Source: Azolla caroliniana (taxonomy: Eukaryota > Plantae > Polypodiophyta). Taken from it: DNA of 64,000 nucleotides. Below are positions 27,020-38,600 of the stretch, piece after piece. A model generated the notes under the pieces. That model saw only the letters and a program-made list of their open reading frames with translations. It searched no databases and was not told where the DNA came from. Each line of letters begins with the position of its first letter. Positions within the stretch are counted from its first letter, which is position 1. The position numbers were made by a program, and so were the translations under genes. The stretch is taken from positions 10,788,001 through 10,852,000 of the forward strand of contig JBHGNT010000005.1 of the NCBI GenBank assembly GCA_043228905.1, read 5' to 3'.

Positions 27020-27454
27020 TGTGTTAACTCTTAGGGCCGGACAATGGCCTAACACAGGGTGTCTACGGAAGACACTTCACCAAAGGGGTGTTACGGCAAC
27101 AGGATTAGACTCAACGATTAATCCGACTTAATTAGGTTACTTAGCATGATCGTCTTTAATAATCACACGCGTAAGATATAACAATGAATGCAGAACGGCA
27201 ATTAACAGAGAGAGATAACAACATTGAGCTTTATTAATTAACCGCTGTTCATTACATTGTATCCGGGCCTTTAAATAGGTTTCCGGTTTGTATTACAAAA
27301 TGGTGCCATCCGCACCTGTTCGGGATCGGTTCGGATCCGGAACGGCATACCGATTCCGGTCTGTCCGTCCACACTCATAGCTTACTTACAACCATTCCTA
27401 CTAATTAAATAACTCCCCATTTCACACTCTGGACTCCTTTGCCGGCCGGTAACA
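27020..27454 (-). repeat. 5' LTR of the Athila-like element
   Basis: TGTTA...ACA termini and TATTTAAA box; no partner LTR to confirm the boundary. Confidence 0.6.
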
Positions 27455-27491
27455 AAAGATTTCTTGCGGAAGCGTTAGAAAGAACAATACA

Positions 27492-27527
<36 letters not shown>

Positions 27528-27859
27528 AGGACACACTATTTTTTTCAAAATTATATGAATACTCTGTGCTCTCTATCTACAACGCGCTCATCAGCGCTAT
27601 TTATACAAGTCCACACGAGACTGTTAGAAGTACGGTGTACTTCAATGCTCACACGAGCATCTGACACTAACGACGAGACTATAACTGCCTAGTAGTCTAA
27701 CCTATACTAGGCTTCCGGTTACGGATTGGATCTGGCATACTGGCTCCCCAGCTCACCGGTCCTTACTGCTTACCAGCTCGGTTGCTCACCGGCATACCGA
27801 TTCATCTCGCTTACCGGCTCAGGCTTATTCAGCCGATCCGGCTCCGGTTGAGTTTGCCA
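27455..27859 (-). repeat. Fragment of an unrelated LTR
   Basis: Minus-strand TATAAAT at about 27600, (CT)n leader and CCGG-rich U3-like segment; lies between the Athila-like LTR and the host integrase. Confidence 0.4.
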
Positions 27860-27930
27860 GTAGGGATAGCTATACTAAAGCGTGGGTGGAATCTAGAATT
27901 TGCGAAGAAGGGTGTTACACTAGTTGATGT

Positions 27931-28617
27931 TGTTGGGATTACGGTCCCTCCGGATGGGATGTCCGGAGACAAATGACGGCAAGCCCGGTTGCTGGCTACG
28001 GAGCCGGATGACGAAGAGCCTGGCTACGGAGCCGGATGACAAAGACCCCGGCTACGGAGCCGGATGATGAATACCCCGGCTACGGAGCCGGATGATGAAT
28101 ACCCCGGTTACGGAGCCGGATGCCGAATGTACCCGGAGAGAGATCCGGATGCGGGGACATATTTGTGAATATGTTTGCCAAGAGCCCTTGAGGCTATATT
28201 TGTAAATAGCCCGAAAGTCATATGTGTATAAATATGACTTAGGGCAAACTGTTTAGGGTTGGTGGTGGTTGTTGCTTATTTTTCTGTTTTCCACTCAAGA
28301 GGAGTGAAGAGAGAGCAGCCGTGAGAGAGACAGAGCGTGAGAGAGGAAGAGGTCGACGCCTCTGTGTAATACCGCCGCCTGTGGCGAAGACAGTGAGCTC
28401 AAGGTTGTTGCCTTGAAGCTTCACCATTGTACATCTCTGTTCATAGTTTTGGTTTGGAGTCTTGCACTCCCGTGGTTTTTCCCGTATAGGGTTTTCCACG
28501 TCAATCCCTGTGTTATCGTGTCTTTCTCTGTATTTCCTATTTTCTGCAACAACGATTCGTGTGTTTCCTCGGTTGTGGCCGTGAGGTGAAGGTGAATCTG
28601 AGCGTTGATTCACAACA
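27931..28617 (+). repeat. 5' LTR of copia A (687 bp), containing five 28-bp repeats
   Basis: TGTTG...CAACA; matches the 3' LTR with about 1 substitution seen. Confidence 0.95.
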
Positions 28618-28646
28618 AGTGGTATCAGAGCGAGTTGCTGCAGAAA

Positions 28647-31600
28647 ATGGAAGCCGGCGGCAGCGGGCAGCTGGGGATGATGGTGCTGAATGCGCAGAAT
28701 TACGCCGACTGGAAGATCAAGATGGAGGATCTTCTGATTGTTCGGGACCTGTACGAACCGATTGACAGGTCGGAAATACCGAAGGGGGTACTTGAGTCGG
28801 AATGGAGGCTTCTGAACCGGAAAGCCGTTGCAACCATTCGGCAATACGTCGACGTGAGCGTTCTACAACATGTGGCGAACGACACCAACGCATATGAGAT
28901 GTGGCGGAAGCTGTCGGGCCTCTACGAGAGGAAGAATGCGTTGAACCGGACCTCCCTGATGAGGAAGATAGTGAACCTCAAGTACCGTGACGGCGAGAGC
29001 ATGGTGGAACACGTAAGCACGTTCATGGGATTCGTGAACCAGCTTGCGGCGATCAAGTTCCCGTTGGAGGATGCAATGCAAGCCATCATCCTGATGTGTA
29101 CATTACCGGAAAGCTGGGAGAACCTGGTGGTGACTCTCAGCACCTCCTGCACCGAAGATAACTTGTCCCTACAAACGGTAAAGACAAGTATTTTGAACGA
29201 AGAAGCGCGTCGGAGAGATAAAGAACCGGCCTCCGACTCGAAGGCGCTGCTTACCGAATCGGAACGGGGAAGACAATGGAACCGGAGTCCGCAAAGACGG
29301 GAGAAGTCGGGGACCCGGTCGCAGTCAAGAGGAAGACCCACATGCTTCCACTGTGGGAAGCCGGGGCACTTCCGGAAGAATTGTCGGCATTACCGAAAGG
29401 ACAACGGAGCCGACGACACCGATTCGAAGAAGTCACCGGAGAGAAACGGTGCATACCGGGGAGCCACGGACCGGAGAGGTTCGGATCGGCGAGGGCAGGA
29501 CCGGAAAGGAACGACGGCACTCGCGGCAAGTGAAGAGGAGATCATGCTCATTACCGAAGAGAGGGAGCTGAACCTTGCCGGAGAAGAGATGACCTGGGTG
29601 GTCGATTCCGGAGCGTCGTTCCACCTGACCCCGGAGAAGAAATACTTCTCATCCTACACAGCCGGTGAGCATGTTTGTGTCCGGATGGGAAATGAAGATA
29701 CATGCCGGATTGCCGGCATAGGAGACGTGTGGTTAACAACCTCGACCGGATGCAAAATGCTGCTGAAGGATGTGCGACACGTTTCGAAGGTTCGATTGAA
29801 CCTGATTTCGGCCGGGAGGCTAGATGATGAAGGCTACACAGGTAGCATCCGGAACGGCGTAATGAAGTTCAGCAAGGGGAGTCTGATAGTGGCTCGGGCC
29901 CGGAAAGTTAACACGTTGTACCTGATGAATGCCCGGTTATGTCCGGAAGAGCTGAACGTGGCAGCCGACACTGCCGGTGAGCTGTGGCACAAGAGATTGT
30001 GCCACATGAGCGAGAAGGGGATGAAGAGGCTTGCCGAAGACAACCTTATTCCAGTGAAGCATGTGCACCTGGAGAAGTGCACCGATTGCCTGGCCGGTAA
30101 GCAGAACCGAACCTCCTTCCATTCAAGGCCACCGACGAGACGTAGCGCACCATTGGAGTTGGTGCACACTGATGTGTGTCAGGTAGAAACGAAGTCACAT
30201 GGCGGAGCCCAGTATTTCGTAACATTCATTGATGATCACAACCGGAAGCTGTGGACGGCACCGTTGAAGACAAAGGACCAAGTGTTGTGCGTCTTCAAAG
30301 AACTCCACGCGAGAGTGGAAAGGGAATCCGGCAAGAAGCTGAAAGCGATACGAGCGGATAACGGAGGGGAATACCGGGGACAGTTCCAGGAGTACTATCG
30401 CTCGAAGGGAATCCGGCTCGAGTTTACTGTGCCGAAGACGCCGGAACTGAACGGGCTGGCCAAGAGGATGAACCGGACCATAATGGAGAGGGTCCGGAGT
30501 ATGCTGGCGCATGCGAAATTACCCAAGGGGTTTTGGGCTGAGGCAATGTCGACGGCGACATATGTGATAAACCGATCACCCTCAGTACCTTTGGACGGAG
30601 ACACGCCGCAGAGAGTGTGGACCGGTAGGGAAGTATCCTACCGGCATCTGAAGGTGTTCGGGTGTCTCGCACACGTGCATGTGGCAAAGGACCGGAGAGG
30701 AAAGCTAGATCCAAAGACCCGGCCATGCATATTCCTCGGTTACGGCGACGACGAGTTCGGCTACCGAGTATGGGACCCGGTCGACAAGAAGATATTCAGG
30801 AGTCGAGACATCATCTTCATGGAGGACAAGACACTCGCCGACTGGGAGTCGGAGAAGAAGATGAAGAGCTCCAAGTCGACCGGTGAGGATCAACTCTATG
30901 AGGAGCAGTCCCGACCGGCAAGGGACCGGTTAACACTCGAAGATCCGGCCGAAGACGGTGAAGAATCAGAACCGGCCGAAGAAGATGAAAATGATACCGG
31001 AACCGGCCCCGATCCCGAAATGGATTCGGATGAAGAAGAATCGGAAGAACCGGTTACCGAAGCTCCGGAACGGAGATATCCTCTAAGAGAGAGAAGGGCC
31101 CCCCGGAGATTTCCGGAACCAGAGCACGTGTTGCTAACCGACGAGGGGGAGCCGGAGAGCTTTGAAGAAGCAAAGCATGACACCCAGAGCCGCAGGTGGT
31201 TGAGTGCCATGCAGGACGAGATGGATTCCCTGCATGAGAACCACACATATGAACTTGTGGAGTTGCCGAAAGGAAAGCGGGCACTTCGAAACAAATGGGT
31301 GTTCAAGCTGAAACCGGGAGATGCCGAAAACCCCCCGAGATACAAAGCCAGGATCGTGGTGAAGGGGTTTCAGCAGAAGAAGGGCGTCGATTTCGACGAG
31401 ATATTTGCCCCGGTAGTGAAGATGACCTCCATCCGGACGGTGCTGAGCATAGCGGCAAGCATGGACCTCGAGGTAGAACAGATGGACGTGAAGACGGCAT
31501 TCCTTCACGGTGACCTCGAAGAAGAGATCTACATGCAGCAACCGGAAGGATTCGAGAAGAAAGGGAAGGAGCACCTGGTATGCCGGTTGAAGAAGAGCCT

Positions 31601-32720
31601 CTACGGACTGAAGCAGGCCCCCCGGCAATGGTACCGGAAGTTCGACTCCTTCATGACCGACGAAGGGTACCTCAAAACGCAGTCCGACCACTGCGTGTTT
31701 GTGAAGAAGTTCGAAGGAGGAGACTTTCTAATACTCCTCCTGTACGTGGACGACATGTTGATCGTCGGACGGGACCAGGTCAAGATACGGATGCTGAAGA
31801 AGGCTCTTCACCGAACCTTCTCAATGAAGGACCTGGGTCCGGCGAGGCAAATACTAGGGATGCATATCATCCGGGACCGGAAGAAGAAGCAGTTGTGGCT
31901 GTCACAGGAGAAGTACGTGACAAAGGTGCTTCACCGGTTCAACATGTCGGAAGGAAGACCGGTCGGGTCAGCACTCCCGGCAAACTGCAAGCTGTCCAGC
32001 AAGCAAAGCCCCAAGACAAAGGCTGAGAAGGAGGACATGATGAAAGTACCATATGCCTCTGCCGTCGGGAGCTTGATGTACGCGATGGTGTGTACCCGAC
32101 CGGACATAGGATATGCAGTCGGAGTGGTGAGCCGGTACATGAGCAATCCCGGCAAAGAGCATTGGAACGCCGTCAAGTGGATACTCCGATACCTGAAGGG
32201 CACGGCAAACGTGTGCCTCCGATTCGGCTCCGGTAAGCCCGAACTCGACGGCTTCACCGATTCGGACATGTCGGCTGATGCAGATACCAGCCGGTCCACA
32301 TCAGGGTATGTGATGACGTATGCAGGGGGAGCCGTTTCGTGGCAGTCGAGGCTGCAGAAGACGGTTGCGTTGTCAACCACGGAGGCGGAGTACATGGCGG
32401 CTGTTGAAGCCGGCAAGGAAATAATATGGATGAAGGATTTCCTTAGAGAGCTCGGGATCCGGCAGGAGGAGTACCGACTCTACTGCGATAGTCAGAGTAC
32501 CATCCACCTTGCAAAGAACGCGGCCTATCATTCCCGGACGAAACACATCCAGCGTAGATACCACTGGATCCGGGAAAGGATAGAAGACAAGGAGTTCGTG
32601 CTGACGAAGATCCACACGGACGAGAACGGGTCGGATATGCTGACCAAGGTGCTCACACCCGACAAGCTGGAAGCATGCCGGAAGAGGATCGGATTGGAGA
32701 GACATCCCATGCCGAAGTGA
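28647..32720 (+). CDS. Copia (Tnt1-like) Gag-Pol polyprotein, uninterrupted ORF
   Basis: CFHCGKPGHFRKNC knuckle, WVVDSGAS protease, LWHKRLCH, VHTD/RADNGGEY integrase, QMDVKTAFL, LYVDDML RT, FTDSD/TEAEY/RTKHI RNase H. Confidence 0.95.
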   Translation: MEAGGSGQLGMMVLNAQNYADWKIKMEDLLIVRDLYEPIDRSEIPKGVLESEWRLLNRKAVATIRQYVDVSVLQHVANDTNAYEMWRKLSGLYERKNALNRTSLMRKIVNLKYRDGESMVEHVSTFMGFVNQLAAIKFPLEDAMQAIILMCTLPESWENLVVTLSTSCTEDNLSLQTVKTSILNEEARRRDKEPASDSKALLTESERGRQWNRSPQRREKSGTRSQSRGRPTCFHCGKPGHFRKNCRHYRKDNGADDTDSKKSPERNGAYRGATDRRGSDRRGQDRKGTTALAASEEEIMLITEERELNLAGEEMTWVVDSGASFHLTPEKKYFSSYTAGEHVCVRMGNEDTCRIAGIGDVWLTTSTGCKMLLKDVRHVSKVRLNLISAGRLDDEGYTGSIRNGVMKFSKGSLIVARARKVNTLYLMNARLCPEELNVAADTAGELWHKRLCHMSEKGMKRLAEDNLIPVKHVHLEKCTDCLAGKQNRTSFHSRPPTRRSAPLELVHTDVCQVETKSHGGAQYFVTFIDDHNRKLWTAPLKTKDQVLCVFKELHARVERESGKKLKAIRADNGGEYRGQFQEYYRSKGIRLEFTVPKTPELNGLAKRMNRTIMERVRSMLAHAKLPKGFWAEAMSTATYVINRSPSVPLDGDTPQRVWTGREVSYRHLKVFGCLAHVHVAKDRRGKLDPKTRPCIFLGYGDDEFGYRVWDPVDKKIFRSRDIIFMEDKTLADWESEKKMKSSKSTGEDQLYEEQSRPARDRLTLEDPAEDGEESEPAEEDENDTGTGPDPEMDSDEEESEEPVTEAPERRYPLRERRAPRRFPEPEHVLLTDEGEPESFEEAKHDTQSRRWLSAMQDEMDSLHENHTYELVELPKGKRALRNKWVFKLKPGDAENPPRYKARIVVKGFQQKKGVDFDEIFAPVVKMTSIRTVLSIAASMDLEVEQMDVKTAFLHGDLEEEIYMQQPEGFEKKGKEHLVCRLKKSLYGLKQAPRQWYRKFDSFMTDEGYLKTQSDHCVFVKKFEGGDFLILLLYVDDMLIVGRDQVKIRMLKKALHRTFSMKDLGPARQILGMHIIRDRKKKQLWLSQEKYVTKVLHRFNMSEGRPVGSALPANCKLSSKQSPKTKAEKEDMMKVPYASAVGSLMYAMVCTRPDIGYAVGVVSRYMSNPGKEHWNAVKWILRYLKGTANVCLRFGSGKPELDGFTDSDMSADADTSRSTSGYVMTYAGGAVSWQSRLQKTVALSTTEAEYMAAVEAGKEIIWMKDFLRELGIRQEEYRLYCDSQSTIHLAKNAAYHSRTKHIQRRYHWIRERIEDKEFVLTKIHTDENGSDMLTKVLTPDKLEACRKRIGLERHPMPK

Positions 32721-32779
32721 AGGGGGAGTTTGTTGGGATTACGGTCCCTCCGGATGGGATGTCCGGAGACAAATGACGG

Positions 32780-33541
32780 TGTCGTAGTGTAGGTTGCACA
32801 CTATGTGGAAATTGTATTTTTGTCCCTCCGGATAGAGAATGGAGTGCTCGGTGAGAACCGGAGGAAAAACGGCATACCGGCAAGGAGGAAAACGGCATAC
32901 CGGCAAGGAAGAGCCGGATAAAGAGACATAAATGTAAAAAGAAAGGAAATACTCACTACTGCGCAGGGCGTGATTCGAACTCTGCACCTCCACGTTGACA
33001 AACCCCAACCTTACCGTTACATTAACTTATCTTAAGTGTTATAAATATAGATTTAATACGTATAAGACCTTTATTTATGCATACCTTTATTAAAAGGTAA
33101 ATCGTGTATTTTTTAATATATGAAAAAGACGAGACACTAAAGATAACTCATGCACATCTAGCGTGCATGAGCCCTATACTTAGGAAATAAAAAAGCATCA
33201 CATGAACACTTTTTGTAAAAAAAAAAAGCATGAAGCCATGCTTAGCTCTTCCTTCCTTATATAAGGAGGAGAGAAATATGTAAAGGGTTGTTGATTATTT
33301 GTATTAAGTATTAATCAATACAAAAATTATTCGTGGGATTCACGATTTATACATCTACTTCTCTCTTAACACCCTAAGTACCAATTAATATAGTATACTC
33401 GTGTGATTCACGAGTTTCTTATCTTTCTCTTTGCTATCTACTCATAATTAATCTCTATCTCACGAACTTCTTTCTCCTAGTCCAAGACCTCTGTGGTTCC
33501 CACCCGACTCACGCAACGATCCGGAGCCGAAAGGCACGACA
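32780..33541 (+). repeat. 5' LTR of nested gypsy
   Basis: Direct repeat of 39209-39970. Confidence 0.95.
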
Positions 33542-33545
33542 CAGT

Positions 33546-33562
33546 TGGTGAACCCGACGTGA
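33546..33562 (+). promoter_or_regulatory. PBS TGGTGAACCCGACGTGA, complementary to the plant cytosolic tRNA-Trp 3' end
   Basis: Reverse complement TCACGTCGGGTTCACCA matches the tRNA-Trp(CCA) terminus as I recall it. Confidence 0.85.
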
Positions 33563-33579
33563 AAACGGGTGGCAAGGAG

Positions 33580-35619
33580 ATGGAGGCTCAACAAGCTAAC
33601 AATATGATGGCGATGTTCGAACGGATGCTTCAAGAACAACGCACGATGTCGGAGATTTCGGCATCAGTAGAGCGGCTCGTGCAACGCAACGGGCAATTTA
33701 ATGGTAAGGATGTGTCGCGATATTTGCAGGACTACAAGGCGGAGATGCTCCGGTGCCGGGCTTCGGAAGGGCTGCAAGTGACATCCTTTAACCGGGTGGC
33801 GACCGACGGGCTTCAAGGGAGTATCCACGGGTTGCAACAACAAAATCCGACGTGGGAAGCATTCGAAGAGGCGTTAAAGACCACGTTTGCCATCGAGGAC
33901 TCCTCCAAGGCAACGCGGAGGGGATTCGAGGATTGGGTGGAAACGTCAGGTAAGGGGCTGAAGGTCCTCGAAGTGTTTTCGACATTCGAAAGTCGGTTCG
34001 GGAGGTTGTCCGCGAGAGATCAAACTATTCTTGCACCGGACAAAGTCATCATGTTTTTGCGAGCTGTGGACGTCCGGGACCGGAAAGATCTCGGAGTGCT
34101 TCTTGAGGACACGACCACCGAAAGCGGCCTCACCGAAACATGGGAAAGCGTGCGGGATATCGTCGCGCGGTACACGAAGAGGGGGCAATGGCTTGCCAAC
34201 GAAGAAAAGAGGGTTTCGGAACCGATTCCGAAACCGAGAACGGGACTGGAAGACCATCAACCGAGGGCTCGGGAGATTACGGACGAGAAGGGAGTCGACG
34301 CGTCTACGGTGGAGCAGCTGCTGAAGGAGATGGAGAATCTAAAGATCGCGATGGTGAAGAAGTCGGATGACCGCCCCACAAGCTCCAAATATACGGATCG
34401 ACGGTGCATATGGTGCGATAGCGCCGAACACGATCGGAGGGATTGCGACGACCATAAGGAGGCGCTACGACGGGATCTCATCTACTACGAGGGAAACCGG
34501 ATTCATTCGATGGACTCTCGGAAGCCACTCCGACCGAACTTCCGGAAAGGCGGCATGAAGAAGGTGCTCGAGGAGGAGTTAGCGGCAAGAAGCAACTATG
34601 CGACAACCGCGGGAATATGTGTCGGGGAGTCAACGGGAGCGAAGGCGTCTTTCTGGCCGGAGGTGCTAGGAAACACCGAGAAAACCGACTCCAACGATAT
34701 CCGAAACACCGCGGAAGGCGTCCGGGAAGCTACGGGATGGGAGTGCCCTGTCGACAAGAATAGCATATACGCCCTGTGTCAATTACATGAGGTGTATGTG
34801 GACGAGAAACGACGGCGCATGGAGGATGCGGCCGGACCATCGAAGATACCGGAAAGCTGGAACTCCGGAGGTAAGGGAAAAGAAAAGGCGACTCCGGCAT
34901 TCAAGCTCGCCTCGGACATAGAACAACAAACCGACTTGAAAAGAGTGTTCGAGGAAAGAATCTTGGATAGCCGGGTAGATTTTTCGCTGCGGGAACTACT
35001 CGGAATAGCGAAGAAGGAGTTTCACGATCTTCTCGTGGATCTCGTGAAAAGGAAGAGACAAAGTACGGAGGAAAATGCTCCAAAGGTGAATGCAAATACC
35101 GTTTCAATGAACGACACCGAAGTGGAAGGCGAAATTCCGAACTCCCACTATACAAGGCCACACTGGGCACGTGCGACTACGGAGACTCCGGTCCGAATCG
35201 GTAACATCAAAGAACCCGTGCTAGCATTGATTGATCACGGATCGGAGATCAACTTGATGTCCAAGGAGTTCTACCGAAAGGGGAAGTGGCCTATAAACAC
35301 CAACCATGGATGGAAGATTCGGGCAGCCACGAAAACGACAGAAGACCTATTTGCGGCTTGTCCGGATGTGACGGTAAAGATCGGGGATGTCGAAATTGAC
35401 CAAAATTTCTTTGTGCAGGATGAGGTTTCACATTCTGTCATCCTCGGCCAACCCTTTATCACGGCTTCACGGATGGAGACGAAGGTGCTCGATAGTGGTG
35501 CGGCTTTTGCGCGAATTCGGAGCCAAAACGGAGGGAAATCCGTCCAATTCCTAACGGTGCCGGCAAATCACGAAAGGAACAAGAGGGAACTCTTGTCCCA
35601 AGTGAGAATGGATTTTTAA
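33580..35619 (+). CDS. Gag-protease ORF of nested gypsy
   Basis: Gag with CIWCDSAEHDRRDC knuckle; aspartic protease LIDHGSEINL...ILGQPF. Confidence 0.9.
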   Translation: MEAQQANNMMAMFERMLQEQRTMSEISASVERLVQRNGQFNGKDVSRYLQDYKAEMLRCRASEGLQVTSFNRVATDGLQGSIHGLQQQNPTWEAFEEALKTTFAIEDSSKATRRGFEDWVETSGKGLKVLEVFSTFESRFGRLSARDQTILAPDKVIMFLRAVDVRDRKDLGVLLEDTTTESGLTETWESVRDIVARYTKRGQWLANEEKRVSEPIPKPRTGLEDHQPRAREITDEKGVDASTVEQLLKEMENLKIAMVKKSDDRPTSSKYTDRRCIWCDSAEHDRRDCDDHKEALRRDLIYYEGNRIHSMDSRKPLRPNFRKGGMKKVLEEELAARSNYATTAGICVGESTGAKASFWPEVLGNTEKTDSNDIRNTAEGVREATGWECPVDKNSIYALCQLHEVYVDEKRRRMEDAAGPSKIPESWNSGGKGKEKATPAFKLASDIEQQTDLKRVFEERILDSRVDFSLRELLGIAKKEFHDLLVDLVKRKRQSTEENAPKVNANTVSMNDTEVEGEIPNSHYTRPHWARATTETPVRIGNIKEPVLALIDHGSEINLMSKEFYRKGKWPINTNHGWKIRAATKTTEDLFAACPDVTVKIGDVEIDQNFFVQDEVSHSVILGQPFITASRMETKVLDSGAAFARIRSQNGGKSVQFLTVPANHERNKRELLSQVRMDF

Positions 35620-38600
35620 AGCGGACTGTTGCGGAGTGGGGAAGTGATAGTCCGAGAAGCCCTGATACCCCACACAGGAAGAAAACTCTCGGAGCAAAAC
35701 AAGTACGAATCGGCCCGGATGGGGCATCTACGTACACAGCCGTAACCGGAGGAATGAAGAAACAATACCGACAAGTGGAGGATAAGTTACGGTCGGCATC
35801 AATAATAAAAGAAGACGAAGAAATCGTGGGAGTGATCGAGGAAGTGTTCTATGGGAATACACTACAACGGCTTGAAGAGCTTGCGGAAGATAAAAGCCAA
35901 GGGAACCGGGTAGTCCCGGTGGAATCGGTCGAGATGTATGAGATCGTTGCGAAAATGGGGCCGGATGCGCTCCGCAAAGAAGAAGCAATGGTAAGTACGA
36001 AATACAAGACCGTGGAGAAGAAGGTAAAACCGGCCGCGGGACCACTACCCGCCGATAGCGAACAAAAGAGGAAAGAAGTCTCGGGAGATCCGACACTTCG
36101 GAAGACCGTGGATATCGGACATGCCTTCACAGATGAGACCCGGAAGAAACTTCGGATCGGTGGAGGTGGGTTCCTCTTACAAGAAGAAGAAAAACGGTTT
36201 CGAGAGATGTTGGAGCAACATGGCAAAGCATTCGCGTTCACATCGAGGGAGATCGGGTGCATTGATCCAAAGATAGTGGAGCCGATGGTGATTTTCACGA
36301 TTGATCATGTACCGTGGAACCTGAAGCCGATTCCGGTGCCACGGGCGCATATTCCGAAAGTCATCGACTTGCTCAAGGAGAAGGTGGCGATGGGGATTCT
36401 AGAGCCATCAAGTGCTCCGTACTCAAATCGATGGTTTACGGTTCCGAAGAAGAATGGGTCACTCCGATTCATCCAAGACTTGCAACCGGTGAACAAGGTC
36501 ACGATCCGGAACTCGGGTGTCGGTCCGATAGTGGACGAATTCGCGGAAGCTTTTGCCGGACGTGCGATATACTCCATCGGGGACCTATACTCGGGGTATG
36601 ACCAATTCCAACTAGCCGTGGAGAGCCGAGACATCACTACCATGCGGACACCGATAGGACTAGTTCGAATGTGCACACTACCACAAGGAGCGACAAACTC
36701 GGTTGCACATATGATGAACGCGATGAACAAGGTGCTTCGAGATTGCATCCCGGAGATAACGATGCCGTTTCTAGATGACATTCCGATGAAAGGATGCGCG
36801 GTGGAAGAAAAAGATGAGACTATGGATGATCGGGGATGCCGAAAGTTCGTGGTCGACCATATTCATGATTGCGAGAAAGTGTTGCGAAAGCTAGAAGATG
36901 TGCACCTAACACTTTCCGGGGAGAAATCGGCATTCGGGCAAGAAGAAATATTGGTGGTCGGACATCTATGTGGACCCTACGGCCGAAGACCGTCACCAAT
37001 AAAGATCGATGCGATTCAAGCTATGAAGGAAGTATGTGAGTCAACATCGGAAGTCCGAAGGTTTCTGGGTGCGTGTGCATTCTATCACATATGGATTCCG
37101 CACTATGCACATATAGCGGACCCGCTCTATCACTTGTTGCGGAAAGGTAAGAAATTCGAGTGGAAACCGGAACACACTAAAGCCATGAGGAAGCTCAAGA
37201 AGACACTATGGAGGGAGGAATCACTTAAGAAGCCAAGCTACGAGCGGCCAATCATAGTAACGGTTGATACAAGTCCAACCGGTATCGGGTGGGTCATCAA
37301 TCAAGCCGACTCGGATGGTTCGCGGTATCCGATCCGATTTGGAGCAAAGGTCCTCAACGAAAGGCAACGCGGATATGCACAAGTCAAAAGAGAATTGTGG
37401 GGAGTCGTGTCGGCGATAAAATCGGATCGGGATTATTTGATCGGAGCTGAAGTGGTGATCGAGACGGATTGTCTTCCAATACTCGGGATGATGCGGTGTT
37501 GTACGATACCGGATGTGGCTATGCTAAGGTGGATTGCATATGTCAAGTCACTTAATCCGGAGGTTCGACACATCTCGGGGAAGGACAACGCGGTAGCGGA
37601 CATGTTATCGAGGGCGCGGTTTGAAGACGACATAACCGAATCAGATAATGAAGAAGTTTCCGAAGACTACTTCACGTCAGAACACATATGCCGAGTGAAC
37701 GTGATCCGAGAATTCCGGGAAGAAGAATACGAGGGGGAAACCTTGATGATCGGGAAGATGCTACAAGAGGTCGAGGATTCAACCAATGATAAAGAAAGGA
37801 GAGCCGAGATCCGAAGGAAGAAGAGGCAAGTCCAAAAGTTCTTCTTGGAAAACGGTTTAATATGGAGGACGCCGAAAAGACCGGATGGGATACCACTTCG
37901 AGTAGTCGGGACGAAAGAGCAACAAAACCGGATAATGTCCGAGTTCCACGAATCCGATTGGGCTGGACATCGAGGAACATGGGCAACTTTTGTGAAAATC
38001 AAGCAAAGATATTGGTGGAAGAACATGTATAAAGATGTCGCGGAGTTCACAGAAAGCTGCGAGAAATGTCAAGTCTACTCCGGGGTCCGACACCGAGATG
38101 AGCTGCATCCGACATTCTCACCGACAATCAACTTCAAGTGGATGGTCGACATTGTAGCTATGCCGACCGGGATTGGACAAAAGAAATACTTGGTGTTAGC
38201 TCGAGAAGATCTCACAAACCAAGTTGAAGGTCGAGCGCTTCGGAGGAAAACGTGTGCCGCGGTGTGCCAATTTCTTTTGGAAGAAGTGTTTTGTAGGTAC
38301 GGCTGCGTAGGACAAGTGATTGCGGACCGGGGAGAACTCGACTCGGACAAAGATAGGGGATTCTTCGCCAAACATGGAGTTCGGTTAACGTTGACAACGG
38401 CCTACAATCCGGAGGCCAACGGGAAGATCGAACGAGGACATAGTCCGATCGTGAAAGCACTTGCGAAGGCATGCGACGGAAGGGTGAAGGATTGGCCACA
38501 AATGCTTCCGTATGCACTATGGGCGGATCGGACGACGCATAGCTCCGTGACCGGTTACATGCCGGCAGAACTCATGACCGGACAAGCACCGGTAATGCCA

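Larger units (their letters stand above)
18039..27454 (-). mobile_element. Athila-like (non-chromovirus) Ty3/gypsy element lacking its 3' LTR
   Basis: 5' LTR about 27454-27020; PBS 5 nt downstream; gag-PR-RT-RH-INT in one frame; no chromodomain or additional RNase H seen; DEFPD motif after RH; long extra ORF 3' of pol. Confidence 0.85.

Noticed and set aside
27994-28130. CRISPR-like regularly spaced repeats
   Set aside because: Head-to-tail 28-bp units with no unique spacers, inside an LTR, and no cas genes.
28605-28646. N-terminal extension of the copia A ORF
   Set aside because: It overlaps the LTR end and PBS from a TTG start; the first ATG is at 28647.
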